Shown one piece after another: positions 1 through 11,275 of a stretch of 36,821 nucleotides of DNA (its first letter is position 1; each line of letters begins with the position of its first letter). A program made the position numbers and the translations under genes. The notes beneath the pieces are model-generated. The model was not told the DNA's origin and made no database searches. It saw nothing but the letters and a program-made list of their open reading frames with translations. The stretch comes from Octopus bimaculoides (taxonomy: Eukaryota). The stretch lies in assembly GCF_001194135.2 (NCBI RefSeq), contig NC_068982.1:142094907-142131727 (forward strand), given 5' to 3'.

Positions 1-40
<40 letters not shown>

Positions 41-353
41 GTATGTGCGTGTATTTAATTATAAATAAAGAGGGAATGGCAAAATGTTATTATATCATAT
101 TTCGTTATTTATAATTTTATATATTCGTAATGTTTCCCTCCTGTATCTTACTATATATTGTAGGTCTCGTTGAATGATATATTAAGGAGCTCTTTACATG
201 AGTACCACCGGATTAGTTGAGTCCATATATTGCCCAACGAAGCGACTTGCACCGGGTTGCACGTTACCATCATCTATAAGATTGACCTGGCATAACACAC
301 ATAAATACACACATAGACGCATAATTACGCACATACACAGATAAAAACAAAAA

Positions 354-667
354 TGGCACTCCGTCGGTTACCATGACAAGGGTTCCGGCTGATCCGATCG
401 ACGGAGCTCGTGAAATTAAAGTGAAAATGGTTAAGCATTCCTCAGACACGCTTACCTTTAACGTAGTTCTTACGGATATTCAGCATGATACAGAATATGG
501 TATGTCTGACAATTTGAATTACAGGTGCCACTCATTTTTACCAGCTGAGTGGACTGGAGCAACGTGAAATTAAATGTATTGGTCAAGTACACAACGCGCC
601 TTCAGTAATTGAACTCACGACCTTACGATCGTGAGACGATTGTCCTGACGACTAAGCCACGTGCCTT
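354..667 (-). mobile_element. tRNA-derived SINE, family B (near full length)
   Basis: The minus strand starts AAGGCACGTGGCTTAGTCGT (A-box-like) ... GGTCGTGAGTTCAATTAC (B-box-like). It continues with GCGCGTTGTGTACTTGACCAATACATTTAATTTCACGTTGCTCCAGTCCACTCAGCTGGTAAAAATGAGT, a core also found at 3560-3620 and 27808-27865, and ends GTAACCGACGGAGTGCCA. It matches an octopus SINE consensus as I recall it. Confidence 0.85.
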
Positions 668-1126
668 CATACAAACATACATACATACACACATACATGC
701 ATACAATGATATGATAACAAAGTATCAGGGGATTAACATGGATTGAAACAATCTTTGGATATCCCATCATTTCCTTTTAACACCACCTGCTAATTTTCAA
801 TTGTTTAAGTGTGTCTATAGCTAACGTTTGCTTCCACAAATCAGATAACAGTACGAGATTTGAAAGAATTTCCTAAGAGAATATGTATTGACTGATAGAC
901 TGCGGATCCACACAGAGAAGAGCTTCTAAAACAGGTCATCAGAGAAAAACTGCATGCATGCCAAGAGAAACTCATGGATGATTACATTGATAACAAGAAT
1001 AATCTATCTTCGCCCAGCAACCGAGATAGTTCTCACTTTAGATAGTATACCTTTGCGATACATGAACAGGAAATAACAACAAATTACCTGCTTCACAAAA
1101 GAGATAGGTAAACATATCTTTATATT

Positions 1127-1176
1127 ATTTTACTAGTTTCAATCATTGGACCGTGGCTGTGCTGGAGCACCACCTT
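1127..1176 (-). mobile_element. SINE family A / CR1-type 3' tail fragment
   Basis: TTTTACTAGTTTCAATCATTGGACCGTGGCTGTGCTGGAGCACCACCTT aligns with the tail at 12644-12705 (TTTTACTTGTTTTAGTGATTTGACTGTGGCCATTCTGGAGCACCGC). Confidence 0.7.
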
Positions 1177-1182
1177 GGTAGT

Positions 1183-1430
1183 GAAAAATAACATTGAGGA
1201 TGCCACTCACATCATATGTAGCAGCCCTAAAGTATCCTTCCGTTGTTTTCTATCTATAGGGTATCATGTGAAGGTGATAATGTCTCTGCACAATGCTGTT
1301 GGTAGAAAGAATAACATGCATGCAAATATATGAAGCGGCAATGTTGTGGAAGGTATAATTACTCATGATATGAAAAACTATGAATGGTATGTTCGCCTAA
1401 ATATCCCCGTGATATGCAAATGTCATGCAT
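1183..1430 (+). mobile_element. Degenerate RLE-type non-LTR retrotransposon fragment (zinc-knuckle to RLE region)
   Basis: Translates as KNNIEDATHIICSSPKVSFRCFLSIGYHVKVIMSLHNAV...ITHDMKNYEWYVRLNIPVICKCH. This resembles the EDxxHIxxxCPxxxxRYYLxxRHDxVAKxLYN ... EYWWNxPI pattern of R2/R4-type ORFs, with an in-frame stop and degenerate motif residues. Confidence 0.5.
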
Positions 1431-1911
1431 AATATTAAAATGCATAAGTTATTCATAATTTGTAAATACATAAAATATGCATCTTTAAATGCACAATATA
1501 TGCATATGTAATGCATAAAATATGTAAAATATATGAGTAATTTTTAAATGCGTAATATACGCATAGTATGTGATAAACTAGATATAATAATTTAGGAGAG
1601 AGGAGTAAGAATAAAACTCAGCAAAGATGCGGAAATTGGTTGCACGGGGGATGATATCAAAATATTAAATAGTAGTGAGAAAGAAACGTCTACGTCCAGT
1701 TAATCCAACTAGATTACGGATTTAGATTTATAAAATACTGGAACGCTTAGTTACTTATCTCTCTGCCTTGAAACACTAGGTTATTAAGACCAGAAAGACT
1801 AATAATAAAATTAACACTCAAAGTTATTACTGACACTGTGAAAATATTTTCTACATATTTAGTATATGATAATTGTCTCATACACACAACCAGGAAACAG
1901 CACACCATATA

Positions 1912-1937
1912 CACACGCGCACGCACGCACACACACG

Positions 1938-1983
<46 letters not shown>
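1912..1983. repeat. (CA)n microsatellite with CGCA variants
   Basis: Seen directly; it explains the THTH/CVCV ORFs at 1747-2227. Confidence 0.95.
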
Positions 1984-1988
<5 letters not shown>

Positions 1989-3287
1989 AGACAAGCGATT
2001 ACGCAAATTTACATACGTACAAACACATACGATGCTCTTGTACTTGCATAATATCGGATAGCCTCTACACAGACGAAAACAAAACGGAGACACACAAGCT
2101 CACTCACTTGCATACACACGCACAAACACAATATACACGCACGTTATATGTCCATACACACAGACATGCAGACACACTCACACACACACTCAAATATGTG
2201 TGCGCATATACAGGCAGCGCTTGCTGATACATGTATACCACATTCACAGTTGCTCCCCACCACCTTGCAATCGAAGTTTCACATTACTCCTCACAATTGA
2301 CTTCCTTACCACTCACACTGTAGCGATCTCCTCCTATTTCGGGTATTTTCCCCATGCCGTGACCGTATAATTGAGACAGTTTACTTTATCCCTTCTAGTA
2401 CGCATTGTCTTTTTAAAACTCAACTGGTTTTTGTTTTAATTATAATGTCTGCATCAGATATGTACGTTAAAAAAAATTTATATATTCCGCCATCATTGTC
2501 TCCTACTTATGATATGAAAATGCCGAATACTAACTAGAAAGCTCTGAAGTGTGGCAAGGAGAAGAAATAGCAGGACAAGCTATTTGGTTGCAGAAGATTC
2601 TGTGTCCAGTCAGGCTGGATAACGTCTAGAGAGCTATTGCAGTGTTAGGAAGAGACAGAAAGGCTGATGTGAGCAGAATGTGAGATTCAAAGAACCTCCT
2701 ATGGCGGGGAACAACAGAGAGGAGCTAAATTTCAAACCAGCATGATATGAGCAGTTATATGACCACCACTTCCGACGCAGCAAGAGGAGAGCATTACGGT
2801 TCAGAGGTGGAATACCTAATGGTCATTGCGCATTATCTAATGACATCAATTCATCAAAGTCAAAATGACTGCATTCTCTAAAGGGCATGAAAGAGAAGTA
2901 TCTTTGAAGTTGTACGCAATCGCCAATATATTTAAATATATATNNNNNNNNNNNNNNNNNNNNNNNNNNNNNNNNNNNNNNNNNNNNNNNNNNNNNNNNN
3001 NNNNNNNNNNNNNNNNNNNNNNNNNNNNNNNNNNNNNNNNNNNNNNNNNNNNNNNNNNNNNNNNNNNNNNNNNNNNNNNNNNNNNNNNNNNNNNNNNNNN
3101 NNNNNNNNNNNNNNNNNNNNNNNNNNNNNNNNNNNNNNNNNNNNNNNNNNNNNNNNNNNNNNNNNNNNNNNNNNNNNNNNNNNNNNNNNNNNNNNNNNNN
3201 NNNNNNNNNNNNNNNNNNNNNNNNNNNNNNNNNNNNNNNNNNNNNNNNNNNNNNNNNNNNNNNNNNNNNNNNNNNNNNNNNNNNNNN

Positions 3288-3338
<51 letters not shown>

Positions 3339-3370
3339 TGAGGGAGAGAAAGAGATAGAGAGAGAGAGAG
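3288..3370. repeat. (TA)n followed by (GA)n microsatellite at a gap edge
   Basis: Seen directly, right of the N-gap at 2944-3287. Confidence 0.95.
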
Positions 3371-3371
3371 C

Positions 3372-3694
3372 CACGTCGGTTAGGAATGACCATGGAATTG
3401 TACCTAGAACGATACCTTCCGAGGCAAAATCCAGGCAAGGCTCTTTATGGAAGACCAGCAGTTGCACGTGCACACCAGCCTCCATTCTCCATGCCACCAA
3501 TGTTATCCAAGGAAAAAGCATAAGTCGAACCAGCTCGGCGCCACTGACCTCGAAACTAGTTTCTGCAGTTGAGTGAACTGGAGCAACGTGAAATAAAGTG
3601 TCTTGCTCAAGATTAACAATACAGCCCGGTCCGGCAATCCAACTCAGTATCTCGTGATTGTAATCCCGACGTTCTAAGCACTGAGCCTCTTGCC
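3372..3694 (-). mobile_element. tRNA-derived SINE, family B-related head and core with a different 3' module
   Basis: Shares GAGTGAACTGGAGCAACGTGAAATAAAGTGTCTTGCTCAAG and a tRNA-like head (3620-3694) with the 354-667 copy, but 3372-3555 is unrelated to 354-530. Confidence 0.8.
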
Positions 3695-4356
3695 AAAACA
3701 CACACATATACACACACACACAATCACACAGACACCCATGTATATATTTATACACATGCATACAGGCGTTTCTGTGTATGTAGCTGTGTGGATGCACACC
3801 ACACGTATGTGTCTAACCGTACATGTCCTCTAATTGTTGTCAGCAATATCTTAGTGTGACTGGAAACTTCAATATGCTTGGAGATATAGACAAAGTGTAT
3901 TTCTCACATATTAACGGAGATTGTGGTCTAAAATCAGTATTAACAGATTTTAGCACTAATATGTTTGTGAAATGTAGCAATGAAGCAGCAAAGCCAGTTC
4001 AGCAATTACCTTACTCAATTTGCCGGTATGAAAAATATTAGAATAGCTATGAAGTAGCAGGTGTCACTATGTCTCCCTAAGGCATATTGAATACTTCAAC
4101 TTAAAACTGCAACAAAATCTGGAAATAATCCAGTTCGCTGAGAACTATGTAAATGGGTTCTTGAAACGATACAATATCTAATGGGAATAAACTACACTAA
4201 AAGCTTGCTATAGAATACCAACATGTTAAGAAGATGTCAGTTTGAAGTTTATACATTAAATTGAGGAGCACGAAAAATCGCAACAATATATCTTCTACAC
4301 GACATAATACAAACGCGTCAGCTACAAATAACTAAAGATTATATATATATATATAT

Positions 4357-4560
4357 TCACCATGATAGATCGCTGACCACTATACACATTTTTTTCTTTC
4401 CTTGCTTCTTTCTGTGTTCCTTTCTGTGTTCCTTTCTGTGAAAGAGCGTAGGATCGAAACGTTAAAAACTTTACCAATTCCCGAGCATTATACTAATACA
4501 TCTATTTGTTTTCTACACCACCTGTCTTCGTCTGTTGTTTTTGTTTTGTGAATTCTCCCT
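4357..4560 (+). mobile_element. Short Penelope-type (pLTR-like) repeat, family P1, with hammerhead-like motif; flanked by (TA)n on both sides
   Basis: Motif at 4432-4467: CTTT-CTGTGAA-A-GAGC GTAG GATC-GAAA-CGTT-AAAA. Related copies lie at 8241-8427 and 17578-17716. The CTGnnGAAG...CGAAACGT pattern is typical of Penelope-like element termini. Confidence 0.65.
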
Positions 4561-4572
4561 ATATATATATAT

Positions 4573-4773
4573 CAATGTAACCTCGTGGGCATCGGTGCCG
4601 ATTTTCTCTTCCTCCGTTTTTCCATTCTTTGAACTTTCCGTCTTTCCGACGAAGGGCTCCGCCCGAAACGTCATACTCTCTCTCTTTCCTTTCCCGAGCG
4701 TCCAATAACACTATCCGTATCACGTCCTCACTTTGTTCTTTTTTTGTTATTGTTTTTGTGTTTTTTTTAAACT
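4573..4773 (+). mobile_element. Short Penelope-type repeat, family P2, with hammerhead-like motif; followed by (TA)n
   Basis: Motif at 4646-4672: CCGACGA-A-GGGC TCC GCCC-GAAA-CGTC, with a perfect 4-bp stem II and a GUC triplet. The downstream TTCCCGAGC is shared with P1. Confidence 0.6.
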
Positions 4774-7099
4774 TATATATATATATATATATATNNNNNN
4801 NNNNNNNNNNNNNNNNNNNNNNNNNNNNNNNNNNNNNNNNNNNNNNNNNNNNNNNNNNNNNNNNNNNNNNNNNNNNNNNNNNNNNNNNNNNNNNNNNNNN
4901 NNNNNNNNNNNNNNNNNNNNNNNNNNNNNNNNNNNNNNNNNNNNNNNNNNNNNNNNNNNNNNNNNNNNNNNNNNNNNNNNNNNNNNNNNNNNNNNNNNNN
5001 NNNNNNNNNNNNNNNNNNNNNNNNNNNNNNNNNNNNNNNNNNNNNNNNNNNNNNNNNNNNNNNNNNNNNNNNNNNNNNNNNNNNNNNNNNNNNNNNNNNN
5101 NNNNNNNNNNNNNNNNNNNNNNNNNNNNNNNNNNNNNNNNNNNNNNNNNNNNNNNNNNNNNNNNNNNNNNNNNNNNNNNNNNNNNNNNNNNNNNNNNNNN
5201 NNNNNNNNNNNNNNNNNNNNNNNNNNNNNNNNNNNNNNNNNNNNNNNNNNNNNNNNNNNACGTAACAATTGCTTCCTCTATTGTTGGAAGCGGGGATTAT
5301 TGTGTCCGTGGAGGTCGCTTATTCCTTCTCCTCGTATAAATATACTACTAACCTCAAAAAAATTGATTTTGGTAAATTTATTCTGTCAACTGAAATAGCA
5401 GCATAATGTTGGAAATGTTGGCTCCGGGGATTTAAACAAATTTTGAAATACGTTAAATTATTTGGAATGTTCTTCATTGTAAAGGAGTCTCTAGAAACGG
5501 CTGTAATGGATTGACACCTGTCCGTCATTTGTTAATTATTTATGTGCTATTCATGTATCGCAGAGCGTACCCTTGGCATACACTGAAGTTTAATAAAGTG
5601 TACATGCCGGATGGCTCAAGAACGGATTTGTATACTCAGCTGAATCTAATTTTCTGCAAGCAGTACAGGAATTTCATTCTGCCAGTACTAATATACCAAG
5701 GCTGATATTTGCAAATTACTGTGTGTATATTATTGTGCGTATATTATTGTGTATATATTATTCTGACCTAACTAGGTGCACCAACATAAGTACTTTAAAT
5801 ACCTTCTTCAACTGAATTTTACATATAGTTTTCATACATATATGTGTTTGTTTGTATGTGTGTGTGTTGATTATATATGTTTCGTATCCAAACTTTGTAT
5901 TACAGAAATCGTAACAGGTACAAATGATGTTAAGCTAATCCTCAGGCCCGATTACCTTCGAACCGTTCACATCGTCGCAAGGATAAGAATGAATGTTTGA
6001 TTTTTATACGCAAGTTTTGTAATTTTCTTCGCTAAACCGTTACTTGTATAGTGACTGTCAGTTTACTGATATTTTCATCGATTTCTAAATGAGACGAAGC
6101 GTATAGCATACGCCAGCTACTAAAGGTTATTTGTCTTATATTTTCGGCTTGTTGGCATCTGCTCTAGCTGTGTACATATTTGATGCTTACTAGGATTTTT
6201 TCGAATCGCACTACCTCATAACTATGTATGTGTGTGCGTCTGTCTGTATCTGTGTCTGTAACTGCGTCTGTGTTTGAGTGTGTGTGCTTGTGTGTGTGCT
6301 TGTGCGCGTGTGTGTGCTTGTGTGTGTGTCTGTATGTGTGAGTGCTTGTGTTCGCGCACGCGTGTAGTGATAGATAGATAGACAGATGTGTGTATATGCG
6401 TGTATGTGACACCAAACCTGAAGGTATTAATGTATTTGGAATCAGTAAACGTTGCTCTGGGTACATCTTTACTTTAAGAAACGTCATGTTTACAGAAGAA
6501 TTCTGAAACATATTGAAAAAGAAGAGAATATAGCAGATAAACACGTTGAGACAGATGAATTGCAACAATGTTGGTGGAATCTGAAACAAAAGCTGCAATC
6601 AAGTTAAAAGATCAGCGATATATTATTGATATTTGTGAATACAAAACCGGTACTATTGTGAATTTGTTTTGTCCTGTTAACGTCGATGTGGTCTGAAAAT
6701 TATAAACGGGAGATAATATTTCGGGAGAAACCTGAAAATAGAATTAGACAAAACTTAAATAACGAGGGGCCTGAAAATCCATTTTCGAAAATACAGTTTC
6801 AGATTTAAATCTATAAAACCGTCTAGACACTTAAAATGCAAAGGATGGAAACTTGTGCTTCCTTTTGTTTAAGAAAAAATAATTTACATTTTACATTCTT
6901 GACATCAAACCGGTTGTCATCGAACATATATCTCTCGAACTGTCTCAATCAGAAAACCCACGTTACATATACATATATGAACAAAGACGATAAGTGCGTG
7001 AACTTTTTAACTTTTAGACAAAAATAATTGGACGCCTCTCAGAAATCATAAGTTTAATGTCCTACAAATATAATGGTTTCTTATATCAACTTGTGAATA

Positions 7100-7154
7100 A
7101 AATTTATACATACACACACACGCACACACAGACACACACACTCAGAGACACATT

Positions 7155-7194
<40 letters not shown>
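7100..7194. repeat. (CA)n/(TA)n microsatellite running into the gap at 7195-8080
   Basis: Seen directly. Confidence 0.9.
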
Positions 7195-8080
7195 NNNNNN
7201 NNNNNNNNNNNNNNNNNNNNNNNNNNNNNNNNNNNNNNNNNNNNNNNNNNNNNNNNNNNNNNNNNNNNNNNNNNNNNNNNNNNNNNNNNNNNNNNNNNNN
7301 NNNNNNNNNNNNNNNNNNNNNNNNNNNNNNNNNNNNNNNNNNNNNNNNNNNNNNNNNNNNNNNNNNNNNNNNNNNNNNNNNNNNNNNNNNNNNNNNNNNN
7401 NNNNNNNNNNNNNNNNNNNNNNNNNNNNNNNNNNNNNNNNNNNNNNNNNNNNNNNNNNNNNNNNNNNNNNNNNNNNNNNNNNNNNNNNNNNNNNNNNNNN
7501 NNNNNNNNNNNNNNNNNNNNNNNNNNNNNNNNNNNNNNNNNNNNNNNNNNNNNNNNNNNNNNNNNNNNNNNNNNNNNNNNNNNNNNNNNNNNNNNNNNNN
7601 NNNNNNNNNNNNNNNNNNNNNNNNNNNNNNNNNNNNNNNNNNNNNNNNNNNNNNNNNNNNNNNNNNNNNNNNNNNNNNNNNNNNNNNNNNNNNNNNNNNN
7701 NNNNNNNNNNNNNNNNNNNNNNNNNNNNNNNNNNNNNNNNNNNNNNNNNNNNNNNNNNNNNNNNNNNNNNNNNNNNNNNNNNNNNNNNNNNNNNNNNNNN
7801 NNNNNNNNNNNNNNNNNNNNNNNNNNNNNNNNNNNNNNNNNNNNNNNNNNNNNNNNNNNNNNNNNNNNNNNNNNNNNNNNNNNNNNNNNNNNNNNNNNNN
7901 NNNNNNNNNNNNNNNNNNNNNNNNNNNNNNNNNNNNNNNNNNNNNNNNNNNNNNNNNNNNNNNNNNNNNNNNNNNNNNNNNNNNNNNNNNNNNNNNNNNN
8001 NNNNNNNNNNNNNNNNNNNNNNNNNNNNNNNNNNNNNNNNNNNNNNNNNNNNNNNNNNNNNNNNNNNNNNNNNNNNNNNN

Positions 8081-8228
8081 ATATATACAATGGACTTCTG
8101 TCAGTTTCCATCAGCACAATGCACTCACAAGTATTTGATCAACACGTGACTAAAGTAGAAGACACCTTCCCAAGTGGGACTGAACCCGAACCCATGTGGT
8201 TGGGTAGCAGACTTTTTACCCCTTAACC
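8081..8228 (-). mobile_element. SINE family A, 5' half (diverged; remainder probably in the N-gap)
   Basis: Aligns with 12890-13053: CTTCTGTCAGTTTCCATC...CACTCACAAG...AGTAGAAGACAC...GTGGGACTGAACCCGAACCCATGTGGTTGG. Confidence 0.8.
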
Positions 8229-8240
8229 ATTTCTATATGT

Positions 8241-8427
8241 ATCGCCATGCCTGATCGGTAAATCCACAACTATTTTTTATTCTCTCTCTGTTTATTTTCT
8301 CTTATTCCTTTCTGTTGAAGAGCGTACGCCCGAAACGTAACAGACTGTCTCAGTTTTCCGAGCGTCAAACTGATACATCTGCTTGTTGTTCATACATCTG
8401 TCTTGGTCTTTTGTTTTTTCTGTAAAT
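8241..8427 (+). mobile_element. Penelope-type repeat family P1 with hammerhead-like motif
   Basis: 8308-8343: CTTT-CTGTTGA-A-GAGC GTAC GCCC-GAAA-CGTA-ACAG. The flanks align with 4357-4560. Confidence 0.65.
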
Positions 8428-8490
8428 ACACACACACACACACACGCACACACATGCGCGCGCGCACACACACACACATACACACACACA

Positions 8491-9032
8491 CAGAGTTATG
8501 CCACAATATACGAGTCAACTTAACCAGCGAAAACTCGTAAAGTAGTGCAATGATTTTCCATATTAGCAATGTTATGAATTGTAATTCGTACCCAGAAAAT
8601 ACTTTACCTCTAAAATTTATGAAACTCGTAAATAAATGGCAATAAAACAACAGCAGAATGTAAAGAATATTTTATGTAAAGTAAAACAAATGTCAAGCTC
8701 GTTTATATTTAAAATATTATTATTATTATCGTTTTCTGATTCACTTTTACTCGCACTAGACTCGCACACAACATCAGTTGTAGACGCGATCGCCGATTCA
8801 CAAGCACTCGTAGACAGACTTGTAGATTCCGTTTTAAAAAACAAGTCTAGAGGTGTTTGTTTAGAAGCTTTTTTCTTCGCACTCTATAAATTTCTCGGTT
8901 AAACGCAGAAGAATTTGTTATTGTAGTAGAAACTTTTGCCCTTCGTTCAAAATTTGGATCAAGTGCTTGAAAAATGAAATTCGTAAACACGGGATCGCTT
9001 AATACGGTTCCTCGTAAAGTGAAGTAGTATTG
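8491..9032 (-). mobile_element. pogo/Tigger-like DNA transposon, internally deleted, retaining the transposase C-terminus
   Basis: The minus strand at about 8833-8970 reads FQALDPNFERRAKVSTTITNSSAFNREIYR/(frameshift)AKKKASKQTPLDLFFK, matching the Tigger/TIGD1-type C-terminal pattern DPNxERxxKV...YxxIYxEKK...QTxLDxFF. Degenerate TIR-like ends are CAGAGTTATGCCACAATATACGAG (8491-8514) and the reverse complement CAATACTACTTCACTTTACGAG (9011-9032). No clean TA target-site duplication is visible. Confidence 0.65.
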
Positions 9033-9043
9033 TGTACATAATA

Positions 9044-9214
9044 GGCGCAGGAGTGGCTATGTGGTAAGTAGCTTGCTTATCAACCACATGGTTCCGGGTT
9101 CATTCCCACTGCGTAGCACCTTGGACAAGTGTCTTCTACTATAGCCTCGGGCCGACCACAGCCTTGTGAGTGAATTTCGTAGACGGTAACTGAAAGAAGC
9201 CTGTCGTATATATG
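9044..9214 (+). mobile_element. SINE family A, 5' half (3' half probably in the gap at 9215-9641)
   Basis: GGCGCAGGAGTGGCTATGTGGTAAG (A box) ... GGGTTCATTCCC (B box) ... CACCTTGGACAAGTGTCTTCTACTATAGCC ... GAAAGAAGCCTGTCGTATATATG; near-identical to the reverse complement of 12890-13053. Confidence 0.9.
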
Positions 9215-9726
9215 NNNNNNNNNNNNNNNNNNNNNNNNNNNNNNNNNNNNNNNNNNNNNNNNNNNNNNNNNNNNNNNNNNNNNNNNNNNNNNNNNNNNNN
9301 NNNNNNNNNNNNNNNNNNNNNNNNNNNNNNNNNNNNNNNNNNNNNNNNNNNNNNNNNNNNNNNNNNNNNNNNNNNNNNNNNNNNNNNNNNNNNNNNNNNN
9401 NNNNNNNNNNNNNNNNNNNNNNNNNNNNNNNNNNNNNNNNNNNNNNNNNNNNNNNNNNNNNNNNNNNNNNNNNNNNNNNNNNNNNNNNNNNNNNNNNNNN
9501 NNNNNNNNNNNNNNNNNNNNNNNNNNNNNNNNNNNNNNNNNNNNNNNNNNNNNNNNNNNNNNNNNNNNNNNNNNNNNNNNNNNNNNNNNNNNNNNNNNNN
9601 NNNNNNNNNNNNNNNNNNNNNNNNNNNNNNNNNNNNNNNNNAAAATAGTAAACACGTATACATATAAAAATATCTCAGCCGTAACTAGTGCGCATACTTA
9701 CATGAACAAGCATATGAAAGAAATTT

Positions 9727-9738
9727 TCACACACACAC

Positions 9739-9783
<45 letters not shown>
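9727..9783. repeat. (CA)n microsatellite
   Basis: Seen directly. Confidence 0.95.
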
Positions 9784-9785
<2 letters not shown>

Positions 9786-10970
9786 CAGACCCGCACAGAT
9801 ACTTAATTACAACTGGAAAACCTCATGCAACTAAAGAAATGGAGACTGTGTGTTTTCACCACTGACAAAAATTCAATTTTGGTAGCCACACGGATCAAAA
9901 TAAAATTCAAACATTTTAGCCGTAAATATTCAACGACGACCCACGTTGTTGAAGAAGCGTATGAAAGTGAAATGTTCGAACACACATTGAGAGAAAATAT
10001 ACACCCTAAACATTTATTATTCAATAATTACAAACGCTTTCGTTGAAGCACATCAAAATCACTTTAACGTTAACACATAATGTAGAATAGATTTGTTCTT
10101 AATTATGTTAAACTCAATCAGAAACATGCTCCAAAATCCCCTATTAAAGTCCAAAACAACATTTGCAATAACAATACCTTAAAAGTTATGCCAAATGTAA
10201 CTTGTTCAAAAAGATACTAATTAAAGTGATTAACTAAAACAACATTTTAATTAAACGATCTTAATTATTTTAGGTAATAAATCAAGTATAAATAGGTGAA
10301 TTAATAAGACACCCTTTCTATAGAAATAAACAATAACACCGCAGAGCAATGGCAGAACAACCGATCAACCATCAAAACGCACAAAAACGGAACCACGCAC
10401 AAATCAATGAATATAAAATATGCCGGCAAAACACAAAGTTGGTTCTCGCCTGGAGATCGCAGTGCTGTTGGGCTCGATCCACGGGGTAAAATGGTTTCAG
10501 TACACACACATATACATACACACACACGAACGCACGCTCTGTCTATCACATACACACACGCACACACACAAACATATATATGTGTGTGTGTGTGTTAAAT
10601 AAAATTATACACTTACATATATATCTGTATACAAATACACGTTTATTTGCGTACCTAATTTTTATGATACACTTATATATAAAATTATGTATAAACCCTA
10701 CATATAAAGGACCACATGATCACACACACAAGTGTGTATATATATATATATATCATAGTATTCATACATTCTTCGTCACATCGTAAGTCCTATTTCGAAT
10801 TGAATTTTTCGAATTTCAACCCCAGGCTTCATTGAACACATTCGCTCAAGGACTCGCGCACTAGGTGTGGGTAATATATTTCTTTATGGCAATGCTAATT
10901 CCTTTAGCATGCATTATTGGTTTTACATTTTAGATTTAGAATTATATTTTAATTTGTTAGAAGATTCAAT

Positions 10971-11030
10971 AATGGGAATGCGGCTATTCTGGAGCACCAA
11001 CTTCAAGTGGTTTTAGTCAATTATAACGAC
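10971..11030 (-). mobile_element. SINE family A 3' tail fragment
   Basis: TGCGGCTATTCTGGAGCACC...TTTTAGTC resembles 12678-12710. Confidence 0.5.
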
Positions 11031-11084
11031 GCTATAACATCAAATTATTGATTTCTATTTATCAAAGGGATGAGTTAACCAATT

Positions 11085-11275
11085 ATATTATTCCTGTAAT
11101 GTTCCTGGCAGTAATAGTTGCTATGTTCCCTGTAGGCCTTCAATTAATTGCAGATAGACCTCGAGGAAGAATACAGAATTATTTTATCTGCCGAAATATA
11201 AAGAAGACTTTACCAAGTAAGAGGTGTCAACGGCCTCAACATACAAATCAACATGTCTTCCTATTATAGCGACTA
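11085..11275 (+). mobile_element. Possible highly decayed RLE-type LINE RT N-terminal fragment
   Basis: Translation NTELFYLPKYKEDFTK*EVSTASTYKSTCLPIIATIF loosely resembles GxTxLLPKxxxT...YRPITCLPxxYKxLT; the match is weak. Confidence 0.3.

Noticed and set aside
900-1115. Possible CR1 3' remnant (TQRRASK...; FTKEI)
   Set aside because: Only one short motif matches and the frame has many stops; insufficient support.
1400-1570. Recurrent ATGCAT/ATGCA words resembling octamer sites
   Set aside because: Low-complexity, degenerate AT-rich repeat; no basis for a regulatory call.
6473-6502. Minus-strand 30-nt candidate exon (NSSVNMTFLK) with a strong pyrimidine tract and GTAAAG donor
   Set aside because: Such signals arise often by chance in AT-rich DNA, and the peptide is unrecognisable.
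9803-10046. Overlapping 73-aa ORFs next to the SINE/Tigger region
   Set aside because: No transposase or other motif recognised in any frame I read.
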